Shown: piece by piece, positions 37,427-56,304 of the stretch
Layout: each line of letters opens with the position of its first letter
Numbering within the stretch: the first letter of the stretch is position 1
Assembly: GCF_964204645.1 (NCBI RefSeq)
Contig: NC_134025.1
Location: 4,650,001 to 4,714,000 of the forward strand
DNA: 64,000 nt
Source: Tubulanus polymorphus
Lineage: Eukaryota; Animalia; Nemertea
Reading direction: 5' to 3'
The notes under the pieces: generated by a model
Seen by the model: only the letters and a program-made list of their open reading frames with translations
What the model was told of the DNA's origin: nothing
Database searches by the model: none
Made by a program: the position numbers and the translations under genes

Positions 37427-39412
37427 ATGGCATCCACCAATAGCGCGACTGAACCCAATTCAAAACGTCGTAAGATCGATGAAATAGCTGTACACCGGAA
37501 AAATTTACCGATATTCGACGCTAAAGAAAATCTCATTCAAAAAGTGCGTCAGTTGAACACTGCTATTATCATCGGAGAAACTGGCAGCGGTAAGACCACT
37601 CAAATACCTCAGTATTTCTACGAATACGGACTTAATCGAAATAAATTGATAGCTTGTACGCAACCTCGTCGCGTAGCTGCGGTTACAATCGCTCAGCGAG
37701 TCGCCCAAGAGAAAAATGTCGAGCTCGGTAAATTAGTCGGATATTCTGTTCGTTTCGACGACATGACTTCGTCCGATACTAAAATCAAATACATGACGGA
37801 TGGAATGCTGCTTCGAGAAGCTATCCTCGATCCTTTACTGATGAAATATTCGATTGTTCTATTGGACGAGGCTCACGAACGTACGATACATACCGATGTA
37901 CTATTTGGCATTGTCAAAACGGCTCAACAGAAACGTTTGAATCAGAATTTGCTGCAATTGAAAATCGTGGTTATGTCCGCCACGATGGACGTCGATCACT
38001 TCTCGAACTATTTTTCCAATGCGCCCGTGTTGTACATAGAAGGACGACAATTCCCCGTACAGGTCATGTACGCGAAACAGACTCAAAGCGATTATCTTTT
38101 CGCGGCGCTCGTAACAGTTTTTAAAATTCACAAGCAAGCACCGCCGGCCCACGATATACTGGTGTTTTTAACTGGTCAAGAAGAAATTGAATCAACGGTG
38201 AAATGTATTAAGGAAGTTGCGAAGAACTTGCCGGCTGATCTGCCTCAATTGATAGCTCAGCCGTTATACGCGGCTTTACCTTCAGCGCAACAGCTTCAAG
38301 TATTCAAGACAACTCCCAAAAACGCTAGGAAAGTCATTGTTTCGACGAATATCGCCGAAACGTCGGTAACTATACCTGGCATTAAATTCGTTATTGATTC
38401 CGGCGTGTTGAAGGCTAAAACGTTTAATCCTAAGAGCAGTTTAGACATGTTGAAAGTGCAGAAGATCTCTCAAGCGCAAGCATGGCAGCGGACCGGGCGC
38501 GCTGGCAGGGAGTCGGACGGTACGTGTTACCGTCTTTACACAGAATCAGAATACGAGGCATTAACTAAAAATACAATTCCCGAAATACAGCGGTGTAATC
38601 TGGTTAGTGTCGTGCTGCAGCTGTTAGCAATGGGTGTCAAAGACTTGATGAAGTTTGATTTCATGGATAAACCTGATTCGGAGTATTTCGAGAAAGCCAT
38701 TGAACAATTGTTATTGCTTGATGCAGTCGAAAAAGACTCGGATCTTAAGTTGACATCTTTGGGAAAACAAATGGCAGCATTTCCACTGGATCCAAGATTT
38801 GCTAAGGTTATCATTAAGGCGAATGAACTAGGCTGCTTGGAAGAGGTGCTGACTATTGTTTCTCTATTATCGGTTGAGTCAGTATTACAAACTCCTTCCA
38901 ACAAGAGAGAACAGGCTTTAGCTACGCGTCAAAAATTCATGTCCGCAGAAGGCGACCACATAACTCTGCTGAACGTGTACAGAGCTTACAAGTCGGCAAA
39001 AGGAGCTCAAGGATGGTGCGTGGATAACTTCGTAAATGGTCGCAATATGAAAACTGCGCTCGACATGCGAAAACAATTGCGCGAAATCTGCGCAACACAA
39101 CGCATGAAATTCAAATCATGCGGCCAGGATACGTCTTTGATAAGGAAATGTATGACGTACGGATTTTTTATGAATTCAGCAGAATTGCATACAGATAAAC
39201 TTTACAAAACTATTGTGATGAAAAAACCAGTCACAATTCATCCGTCTTCAGCACTGTTTCAGTGTAAACCGGGTTGTGTGATCTACAATGAACTCGTGAA
39301 AACATCGAAATGTTACATGAGGGATATATGCCAAGTAGACCCCGATTGGTTGTTTGAAATTGCGCCTGCTTATTTCAAACGAAAAGTCGCTTCAAAGTCA
39401 CGACTTGTTTAA
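37427..39412 (+). CDS. DHX33: DEAH-box RNA helicase DHX33, intronless CDS
   Basis: GETGSGKTTQIPQ, TQPRRVAA, DEAHERTIHTDVLFG, MSAT, STNIAETS, QAWQRTGRAGRE (DHX33-type), HA2/OB-fold C-terminus. Confidence 0.93.
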   Translation: MASTNSATEPNSKRRKIDEIAVHRKNLPIFDAKENLIQKVRQLNTAIIIGETGSGKTTQIPQYFYEYGLNRNKLIACTQPRRVAAVTIAQRVAQEKNVELGKLVGYSVRFDDMTSSDTKIKYMTDGMLLREAILDPLLMKYSIVLLDEAHERTIHTDVLFGIVKTAQQKRLNQNLLQLKIVVMSATMDVDHFSNYFSNAPVLYIEGRQFPVQVMYAKQTQSDYLFAALVTVFKIHKQAPPAHDILVFLTGQEEIESTVKCIKEVAKNLPADLPQLIAQPLYAALPSAQQLQVFKTTPKNARKVIVSTNIAETSVTIPGIKFVIDSGVLKAKTFNPKSSLDMLKVQKISQAQAWQRTGRAGRESDGTCYRLYTESEYEALTKNTIPEIQRCNLVSVVLQLLAMGVKDLMKFDFMDKPDSEYFEKAIEQLLLLDAVEKDSDLKLTSLGKQMAAFPLDPRFAKVIIKANELGCLEEVLTIVSLLSVESVLQTPSNKREQALATRQKFMSAEGDHITLLNVYRAYKSAKGAQGWCVDNFVNGRNMKTALDMRKQLREICATQRMKFKSCGQDTSLIRKCMTYGFFMNSAELHTDKLYKTIVMKKPVTIHPSSALFQCKPGCVIYNELVKTSKCYMRDICQVDPDWLFEIAPAYFKRKVASKSRLV

Positions 39413-39729
39413 AGTCAAAGAAAATAACATTATGTAAATTTGTAAATAACTATTGATGAGTATCTGTGTACGTGTGTATATTAGACTGTGTATATCATCG
39501 GAAAAGGATGAAATAGGTTGCTGTTAATGTGTATAGGATTGGATGGAAACATATTAGTAAACTCTTCCCATATTCTCACTTGTAATTCCGTGAGATAATG
39601 TTGAAACGGTATAAAATTTCTCAGGTGAGAAATGGGTTATTCAGAAAAAACTAGATTTGTACCTAAAAAATCAGATACGCCGTATTAAAACTGATTATCT
39701 CACAGTGATAGTGAATTGATATTTTGCAG

Positions 39730-42700
39730 ATGTCTCTGTTTAAAGCAAGGGATTGGTGGTCAACTACTGCAGGTACTGAGGAGGAATTTGATCTTGGATG
39801 TTTATGTGTGGCTAACATCGATAATAGTAGTTCAGGAATTGGTAAGTTAAGATATGATAGTTGAATAAAACTTGGCTGTGGAGTTATCATTTCTTTTATA
39901 TCACATCACTGTATTTATAGATAAAATAGTTGTTGGCAGCTACCATGGATTTTTAAGAATTTATCATCCCTGTCCACTAAAACAAGAGGATGGAAACTGG
40001 AGTGGATTTCGTGCTGAAGATGTTTTACTAGAGCAGCAGTTATCTGCCCCTATATTGCAGGTTGAGGCTGGCAAATTTGTTTCGTAAGTCTATTATACAA
40101 TCAAAAGGGCATACTGGTAATAATTCTTGTAGGTTCCGGGATATATTAAGAATTTTATGTCCCTCTTTTTGTATATGACAGAGGCACAGAGAACATTCAT
40201 TTGGCTATACTGCATCCACGAAAGCTCTGCGTCTATGGAATATCAGGTGAAGAAATAGAAAAAACTTTTCCCTAAATCCCAGTTCCATTAGAATTGTGAT
40301 TACATCAATGTTAGTTTTTCTTCCGATGAACTGTTTGTAGGTATTGGTGGAGCTGTCGAGCATGGACATCAGTACCAGTTGAATTTGATATATGAACACA
40401 ACTTACAAAGGACTGCTTACAATTTTTGTTATGGATCATTTGGTGGAGTTAAGGGTATGTCTTCTTTATTGATGTAATTAATTCTTGCAGCAATAGACTT
40501 TTTTAACTTGTTATAAAGTCAAAAAGCTAATCGTGAATCCGTTTGAATGAATAAGGCTGTCCTGTGCTCGATAAAAATAAAGGATTGAGTTTACCTTCAG
40601 TTTGAATGAGTAAGAAGCCAATATTTTTTCCTTTATTATAGGGAAGGATTTCATTTGTGTTCAATCAATGGATTGTACTCTGTCAATCTTCGAGCATGAA
40701 ACATTTGCATTTAGTCGTTTTTTGCCGGGATCACTGCTTCCCGGTCCGATCAAATACATATCCAGAACTGATAGCTTTGTAACTGTTAGCTCAAGTAGAC
40801 TAGTTGAGTGTTACAAGTAAGTTTGTTATTTTGATTGTTCAGTAGGTTTTGAAGCGTTGTTGTAGAATATCTGGTTGGATCTAAAGATAAATTTATGGAT
40901 AAATCCTGTGTGTTCTTACTTCGTTATTCGATTGAGCTGGGAAATATTCCATATTTGAAAATATTTTCAGGTATCAGGTTCTGGCTGTGGCAAGTGACAC
41001 GAGAGAAGATTCAAATATGAAATCTGGAAAACGGGTTGCGGTAAGTTAATCAGCATCTTTCACGCAATTTTTGCAAGAAAATTTCTACGGATTAAAACTG
41101 CAACTGCATATTTTGCTTTAGATGGATTGGAGTTTTAATGTTGGGGAACAAGCTCTTAGTATTGAGGTACCAAACACTTCATCGCCTTGTATATATGTAT
41201 TAGGTAAGTAGTATACACTAACATGATACCAACGTTTTTGTCATGGCAATATTACAAGAGTTGTTATAATACTGTTTTAGGTGATAGAAATTTGTACTGT
41301 CTGACAGATATTGGAAAATTGAAATTTATGAAGAAATTGGAGTACAACCCAAGTTGCCTTTGTATTTATGGGACAAGTATGTATTCATTTAGCAGAGTGG
41401 AGTAGAATCATTGATTGATGATGATTTATTTTGTACTCGATGGCTTTTTCAGAGCAAGAGAAGGTTTTGTATATGATCGGTACTCATACCAACACAATAA
41501 TGATATTCGAAGACATTTATTTGAAATGGGCAGCTCAGATTCAACACATTCCAGTTCAAATGAAAGTTGCTACTTTTGCGTAAGTTGCTATAGTCAAATT
41601 ATTATTATTTTACTTAACCTATAAAGCACCTTATTGCGATAAGGCTCTAAATAAACCTACAAAATTGGGATGAGTAGAGGCTAAAATCGACCTGAATGTA
41701 TCCGACCATACATTTCTGAAAAAAAAAACATTTACCAACTAAGGCGAAAATCAGCTAGAATACCAGGCATCTTTTATAGAAATGAGCTAATATACTTCAG
41801 AAGTGAATTGAACAGAGCTTTGTTACGTACTAAGAATTCCTGTCATTATTTTCCAGTGATTTAAAAGGAGTGATAGTAACTCTAGATGAGTGTGGACACA
41901 TCGAGTGTTCTTATCTCGGTACCGATCCGTCCATGTTTACCCCACCTCCGTGTGACGCCCGAGAAATTAATTACTCAAATCAAGATGAAGAGATGAAAAC
42001 TTTACAGAAAGCGATCAAAGAAGCAGCAAATAAACCTGGTAATTGTGATAATTTGTTCAGTATTTATTAGATTATATATGACTGATATTCTATGTATAGT
42101 TAGATCATCCTCGACTCGGGTTTTGGTTTGACTCACTGAGGAACAATGTGAAGTTGTGGCTAAATCTGAATGAATTTTTGGTCGTTTAATGAAATCTTAT
42201 GATAGCACATGTTTCCTACGGTACTGGATAATCAAGAAAAGAAAACGGGGTAACTTGGGATTTTTACTCTTCATGTAGTTTTTACCATTGACAACTTTCT
42301 TCAGCGATGTTACTTGAGGAATCACCTTTATCAGCCAGTTACCATCAAATGTTGATTTCCCTGTACTATGAAGGTATCTGTTCATTTTTACGAAGGCCCC
42401 ATTTCTACTGAGGAAAATTGAAAAATCACCCATGAACTTTGAATTCATGTAACTGTGGGAAACCATGATAGCATAGGGTATAAATTACAATATCATGTAG
42501 TGATTTGAATCCTGTAATTAAGAATACCCGACTTATATATCAGTTACTGTATGTTTTTCCCTTGTGTTTAGATGATGCTATAGAAACATGTAAGCTTGTT
42601 AATTGTGTGAATTAAGTGTGTTTTCGCTACTTGTGCTTTCACTCTAAACAGAATTGTGGTGTTTTATTGCCATTCTTTTCATCTTTAAATTGTTGTAGAA

Positions 42701-45700
42701 AGTGAACTAAGCCACTGTTTTGTGACTCAATTTTTTAAATTTCAAAACACAATGTCACGTTGGTTTATTAGCCTCAAGCGTCTCTGCCGTTATAGGCCTA
42801 TACAAAAACATTTTCTTTCGTTCGACAAAAAATCTTATGACATAAAACAGGAATGCTGTACATAAGTATCACATACAAAAAAAACCGTTTAAGAAATATA
42901 CCGGTATTATATTTGGTACAATATGAAAATTAAGACGTAAATACTAAGAACAGTATTGGACTAAGGATTAGATGTTTCACTATCCCTTGAGAGATATTTA
43001 TAATATTTCGCATGGTTTTTGAAAGATCTGCCTTTTAGTTTTTCGAATAGCTAATTTAACAGCCATTTCGAACACCTCTTTCACTCCCTCTCTCGTCTTT
43101 GCCGAGCATTCAAAGTGTTCTTCGGCACCGATGAGTTCTTTCATTAACAGACCTTCATCTACTTTTATCGGATTTTGAAGCATTTGCTCGTTATTGGCGA
43201 ATTCTATGGAATCCGCCCTCAAGTCCAGTTTGTTGCCGACAAGTATGTACGGTACATTCGGGCAGAAATGTTTGATTTCTGGTTGCCATCGTTCTTGTAT
43301 ATTGATCAGACTGTCGGGGCTATCGATCGAATAGCATAGTAATATAACATCGGTTTCGGGATAAGACAAAGGCCGCAGCCGATCGTAGTCATCCTGTCCT
43401 GCCGTATCCCATAAAGAGAGTTCAACTTTTTTGTTGCTTACTTCAATATCCGCAACGTACGTTTCAAATACGGTTGTCTCATATTTATCGTCGAATTCAT
43501 CGCGACTGAACGCCAATAATAAACAGGTTTTACCACAAGCCCCATCACCTACAACTACCAGTTTTTTTCGCAACTTTTCCTTGATCCTAGGTTTTTTCGG
43601 TGCCATTGCTTTCTGTTCACTTGCTGAAAGAGAAATTAATGGGAGTTAATTTACGGATATTATATTAGGAATTCGATATCGAATCAAAAAATGTCATCAA
43701 AGTTATCAACTCAATCTACAAAGTAAGAAATTCTAATACGTTCAATTTACAACAAAAGATTTCTGCGTTATTCAATGAAATTCATCATTACCTTAAATTT
43801 TGGTTTTTCCACTTTCTGACTGCTCGACTGAAGTCACTGATTTAATGCACATGTCTAGTTCTCACTTTGTTTATATATTCTGTGTGATATGTTCTATATT
43901 TAGCACACTGCTATGATTGGCTAATTCAATGTAATACTGGTAGATCTGTAAATGAGTAATCTTGTCCTATATTTTTAGAAACCAGTCCTATATAAAAAAA
44001 AAAATCATGTCGCAACCATTTCCTTAATGTTCATGGTTTGAAATTGCTTAAATTGTCTTTTCAGGTTTCCGTCCAAATGTAAAATCAGAAGATGAGATTT
44101 CAATTAATATTTCAATTCCAAGTCGCCTGGATGATATCTCAGTATGTGCCTTCATTCTTTTTCTTCTGTCAGTTTTTTCGTGAAATATGAATATTGTACT
44201 ACTTGAGTTCGATGATTTCGTATTGCAGAAAGCCAGTGAAGTTTTAATCATTGACGATCAAGAACAAATTCCATCCATTACTATTAAGGTAATGATTTTC
44301 AAATGAACATGTTTGCTGTGAGACCTGTAAAAAAATGTTAAAATCAACACTCATCCACCTTTCACTTATGTTTTGAAAATGTCTCATATCAATTTTATGG
44401 GATATAAACTTCTGTGTGATCCTCACAATATCAAACAAAAAACTAACATCAAGCGTCATTGATAATAAGAATGTACGCAAGTACAGTGTATTATGTCTTT
44501 CTAGGTTACAATTAAAGCTAAGAGTCATGTATCCAATGTTAATGTTGCTGTACAAGTGGCTCGGCCTCTGGCGGCAAGTCAAACTAAACAGACATTCTAT
44601 TCTTTAAGTAAGTTTCTTGCTTGGTTTCAAAGAAGATTGTTATTAATCTTCTTCATTTTCCAACTCATATTTTCGGTAATTGTGATTTTTAGGTCCTAAT
44701 AGCCCGTGTGAAACAAATATCTCAATATTTTTACGTCAACCCTACTTGCCTAGTGATATGGTTATGCAAGTCACTGCCACGTATCAAAATGTGTCCGGTG
44801 AGTCCACAAAATTTCTACAAAATGATTAGAAAAACCTATTGTTTATCATCTGTATATCTCCTGCTATATTTCAATATAAGTTTTAAAAATGGAGTTTTTC
44901 AATGTATATGTATCATTTTTAGGTGCACCGCGGGTGTGTCATGCCAAAGTGAGATTGCCTCTGAAATTAGTCGTCCATCCAAGTCTCCCCATAAAAGCAG
45001 CTGACTATAAATTAACTATCGATACCAACAAACCACCTGTAAATCTCAACGATTTATTCCCAGGTAGGTTTGGATTCCGATGTCAATGCTTGTATTACTG
45101 GGAAACCAACCGATCTAGTGATCGAAGATTTCATGTATGTTGTTGTGTCTTTTGTAGATCTTGTAGAAGAAGACAGTGGCGGTAATGCTATCGGCTTACA
45201 GTTTTACGGTGACTCAGTTGTTACAATTCTTGCATCGAAAACATCACGTAAGTTCATTTCACTTAAGTCAAACCTGCTTAATTGCAATAGGTTTAATCAA
45301 GATTCTGATATAATCATGATATTATGTACAGTCCATTTATACTTGATGTTTAATCTGGACCCGAAATAAGGGGTGTCTAATTCTACAATGTACATGTATT
45401 AGCAAAAATTCTAAAAGACTATCTCTGTTTGATTTGTAGAACGTTATCGCCTGCAGAGTGATAAATTTGAAGCGCTGTGGTTACCTACATATGAAATAGT
45501 CAGTCGTTTAGATATGTATCACCGGACGAGAGGTCAAGCCGACTTTAAAGCTACATTCAGCGGAAATATTCCACTGCATGAGTTCTTTGAAGTGATAGAT
45601 TCACATTTTCAGGTACTGGTAATCTTTTCATTTGATTAAATGACATTTAGTCAATGATTGCTTTTTAGTTGAAAGAAACTTTTATCTATGTTACCCTTTC

Positions 45701-46957
45701 AGTATCGAAATAATGACCTTCAAATTAAGGATCAATTATCTCAGCGTGCTGGTCAATTTCGTGCGATTCAACGCCGCCTGCTGACCCGGTTCAAAGATAA
45801 AACTCCTGCTCCTCTGGTGAATCTAGATACATTGCTCGATGGCACGTATAAACAAGTGAGTGATTTTATCGAAACACTCGTTATTACTCTATAGAGATGT
45901 ATATAGGGAATAGCTGTTATTTTCAATTGATATCTCTTTTCCAGTTATTACATATAGCCGATTTAGCCGAGGATAACAAAAAGAATCTGGAACAAATTTC
46001 GTCGGCGTTGAGCTGCACGGTTCGTCTAATCAACTTCTTGATATCATTGTGGAGACCACTGACGGATAAAGAGTTCTATATACTCGAGAGCAGTTTAACT
46101 CCACTTGTATCTGACATGAATGAACAAGTACGTATCTTCTTTTAACGGATTTGATAAACGGATGGTGTGCATTCGGCATTGTACATGTGGTAAAAATTGT
46201 TTCTGGTATGATGTTTTTAGGGTTGGGAAGAGACTGTTGATGGGGCCGTTACTCATTTATTACGAACATGCTTGGCGAAAACGAGTAAAGATCAAACTGT
46301 GAATCCGGCTCCGTTAACGATGCCGAAATCGACGGAAAAGCTCAAGAAACATATAGCGTTACTTTTTGATAAACTCGGAAAAGGACAAAAATTGAATATA
46401 GATAAATTGCCGCATGATTTAGGTGAGTTATCAATTTAAAAATTGAAGATCGAATTGAAATTCTGTCTCGACGTTTTTACGCTAATTTCTAAAACGTGTT
46501 CTCGTAGATGTAAAGCAGCCAGGTCCGGCTCCTATACTCGAGAAAATAAAACCGAGGCCAAAACCGCACGCGGAGAATGTTACAACTGAATCTATTCCGG
46601 AGGAGCCGTCGATTTTACCGAAACAAAGCGTGCTGGGAGATCTACCTCCACTGACAGCGACTGGACCAATGTTAGAATCTTCAATCATACCATCGATGAA
46701 TGAAGCACCTCCCGATATACCAGGCGGTAACAAACTAAGTGAAGGTAATTGTAATATCCCCCAGAAAATTATCTGATCACAATATTGTGTATTATATATG
46801 AAATGATGATTATATCAACGACACCATTTCGTTTCTAGGATTTTTGGAATTGAAAAAACAGCAAGATTTAAGACATAAAATCCCGGATTTGGATGACCTA
46901 GCGCCAAACAACAGGCAGCGTTTGAATGGGACAAATAATGGAGAATATTCTGTTTAA
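39730..46957 (+). CDS. BBS9: Bardet-Biedl syndrome 9 protein (PTHB1), about 22 exons
   Basis: Starts [12 protein letters not shown]; motifs [62 protein letters not shown]; short GT-AG introns; one 2-kb intron at 42039-44064. Confidence 0.95.
42998..43606 (-). CDS. Rho-family GTPase (RhoA/B/C-like), nested antisense in a BBS9 intron
   Basis: [63 protein letters not shown] end CEIL. Confidence 0.95.
   Translation of the reverse strand: MAPKKPRIKEKLRKKLVVVGDGACGKTCLLLAFSRDEFDDKYETTVFETYVADIEVSNKKVELSLWDTAGQDDYDRLRPLSYPETDVILLCYSIDSPDSLINIQERWQPEIKHFCPNVPYILVGNKLDLRADSIEFANNEQMLQNPIKVDEGLLMKELIGAEEHFECSAKTREGVKEVFEMAVKLAIRKTKRQIFQKPCEIL
43790..43921 (-). promoter_or_regulatory. Core promoter and non-coding first exon of the nested Rho gene
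   Basis: Minus strand: CCAAT (~43916), TATATAAA (43870-43877), TCAGT Inr (~43838), AAG|gtaatg donor (~43790), tctttcag acceptor at ~43624; AATAAA at 42764-42769. Confidence 0.55.
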
Positions 46958-48045
46958 TGCGGAGAAGCTGGTGAAACCAGTGAAACTCACTAAAATATAC
47001 CAATTGTGAATTCATTAAATATAATGTATTGTGTATGTGATAGTGCGTTGAAATTTCAATGGCTCACCCCCGAGAACATTTCAGCATTGTGTAATGATAG
47101 TGTGAACACCTGATATTATATTTCCTTCAGTCATGATAGATATAAAGAGTAGGACTATCTGTGCGTCTACATGATACTGTGGTCAATGTTTTAAAAAATG
47201 CCGTAGTTGTCTGATTCATGAGGTACTTACGTAGTAGATGGAAGTGAGGGTGTTGCTGTTCCATCCATGAACTGTGAAATCTCAATTTCAGTTTTGTTTA
47301 TAATTGTTGTATGAAGTGATTTACGATGTTTATTACTGCTGCACACATGACATTTAACCTGATCGAACCTGCTTATTCTACCGGTGGATCATCGTTTTTG
47401 ATCTAATGTCTATCAAATTGGAGTTAAGTCAATTCCGCATAATTCGGATCAATTTTAGAATCTGGATATTACCGGTATGTATGTCCATACATAAATGTAC
47501 GTAAAATATAAAGTTGAATCTTGTTTTCTTATGAACTGGATGAATTCTGTTGGTTCCAAATGATCCGAATTAAGCGGCTTCTACTGCTCAGTTAAGAGCA
47601 TCGGGATTAATTCCTTGGTTTTCCTGTGATCCGGATTAAGTGAGCTAGATCGACTTGTTATACTGATTGTCTAGTTGATGTGATTATCATTCTGTGTGAA
47701 AAATGTGTGCGTTGCATTCTGTTTATGTCAATACACTTTGACTTAGCACGGTTGTAAAATCATCTATAGATAAATATTTATTTGTATATAATAAAAAAGT
47801 GATAATGTATATTCGTATTTTGTGTCTTTTCTTTGATTAAATGTACATGGATTGTAGCAAGTCTAATATGTGCTACTCTTGGAGGAACTTTGTTGAATCC
47901 TGATTTATGCTTTGATGTCTATGATGGGTGCAATTCACCAAAAGTGCGTCTTTTTCCGCACCAAAAGTGCTGGAAAGTGCTTGCTTTTGCCCCATACCAC
48001 TGCAATCTCCCAAGGATTCATTGTGGGATTGTCGAAGAATAGTTT

Positions 48046-48105
48046 TGGAGTCCTGGATTTTGGTTATGCACTGTGGAGTCCTCTTGATTTTGGTTATGCA
48101 CTGTG
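48046..48105. repeat. Short tandem duplication (~29 bp x2)
   Basis: tggagtcct(g/ctt)gattttggttatgcactg repeated head to tail. Confidence 0.8.
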
Positions 48106-48412
48106 AATGATGTATCTATCTCTACTGCGACCTTTGCGGTAAGAAGATTAGCGCTTGACTGTCTTGAGGCGCTGATAGTCATGTCCCCTTCAGAATGATA
48201 GATGGAGTCGAATAGAATTAGATCTATAAGTTTTATAAATAAGTAACATTTTATTTACAAACACGAATAAACAGTCTAACAAATAAAAAGTCTTACTACA
48301 TTTTCTAACATGGAGGTTCGATGTTTTCTTAGATTTTTGAAATCCCTGAGATCAATGGAATAGAACTAAACTAGATCGACTATTCGATGTATCTTCTGCC
48401 CTTGAAAGGAGT

Positions 48413-55803
<7,391 letters not shown>

Positions 55804-56304
55804 CTGAGGTTTTCTGATAAATTAGAGACTAACAAGTCATGTTGACGGGAGACGGGGTAGCGGAGTATTCGGTCACCAATGTATTCCCGTCACACACCCA
55901 TTCTATATCATACGCCATCTGTTGTGTGTCGATTCCACCAATCACGCGATAGTTAAGTTTATTGCTCGCAAAATACATACATTTAACACTGGCTTCTCTT
56001 TTATTTCAAGTCATGACCAACGTGGTCCAAATGCTGATGACATCGACTCAGCGAGTCAAAGCATTTGATCGTTCGATCTGCGATCGTCGTTCAAAAATTG
56101 TATGATAAACATTAATGTATCGAAACTAAAAATAATCCGTTTGCATAGAATAAATGAATAGTTTATTTACTTCAATTTGTTATAATAACTTAATCGTTAA
56201 CCATATCGCTACCTCTGTTTTAGTCTTCTATTTATTAACACATTGTTGGCTAATGGTTTATACAGATTTTTCAAAGAAATCTATTTACATTTCATTTCAG
56301 GAAA

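Noticed and set aside
48046-48105. Direct repeats as a CRISPR-like array
   Set aside because: Only two adjacent copies, no spacers, eukaryotic context.
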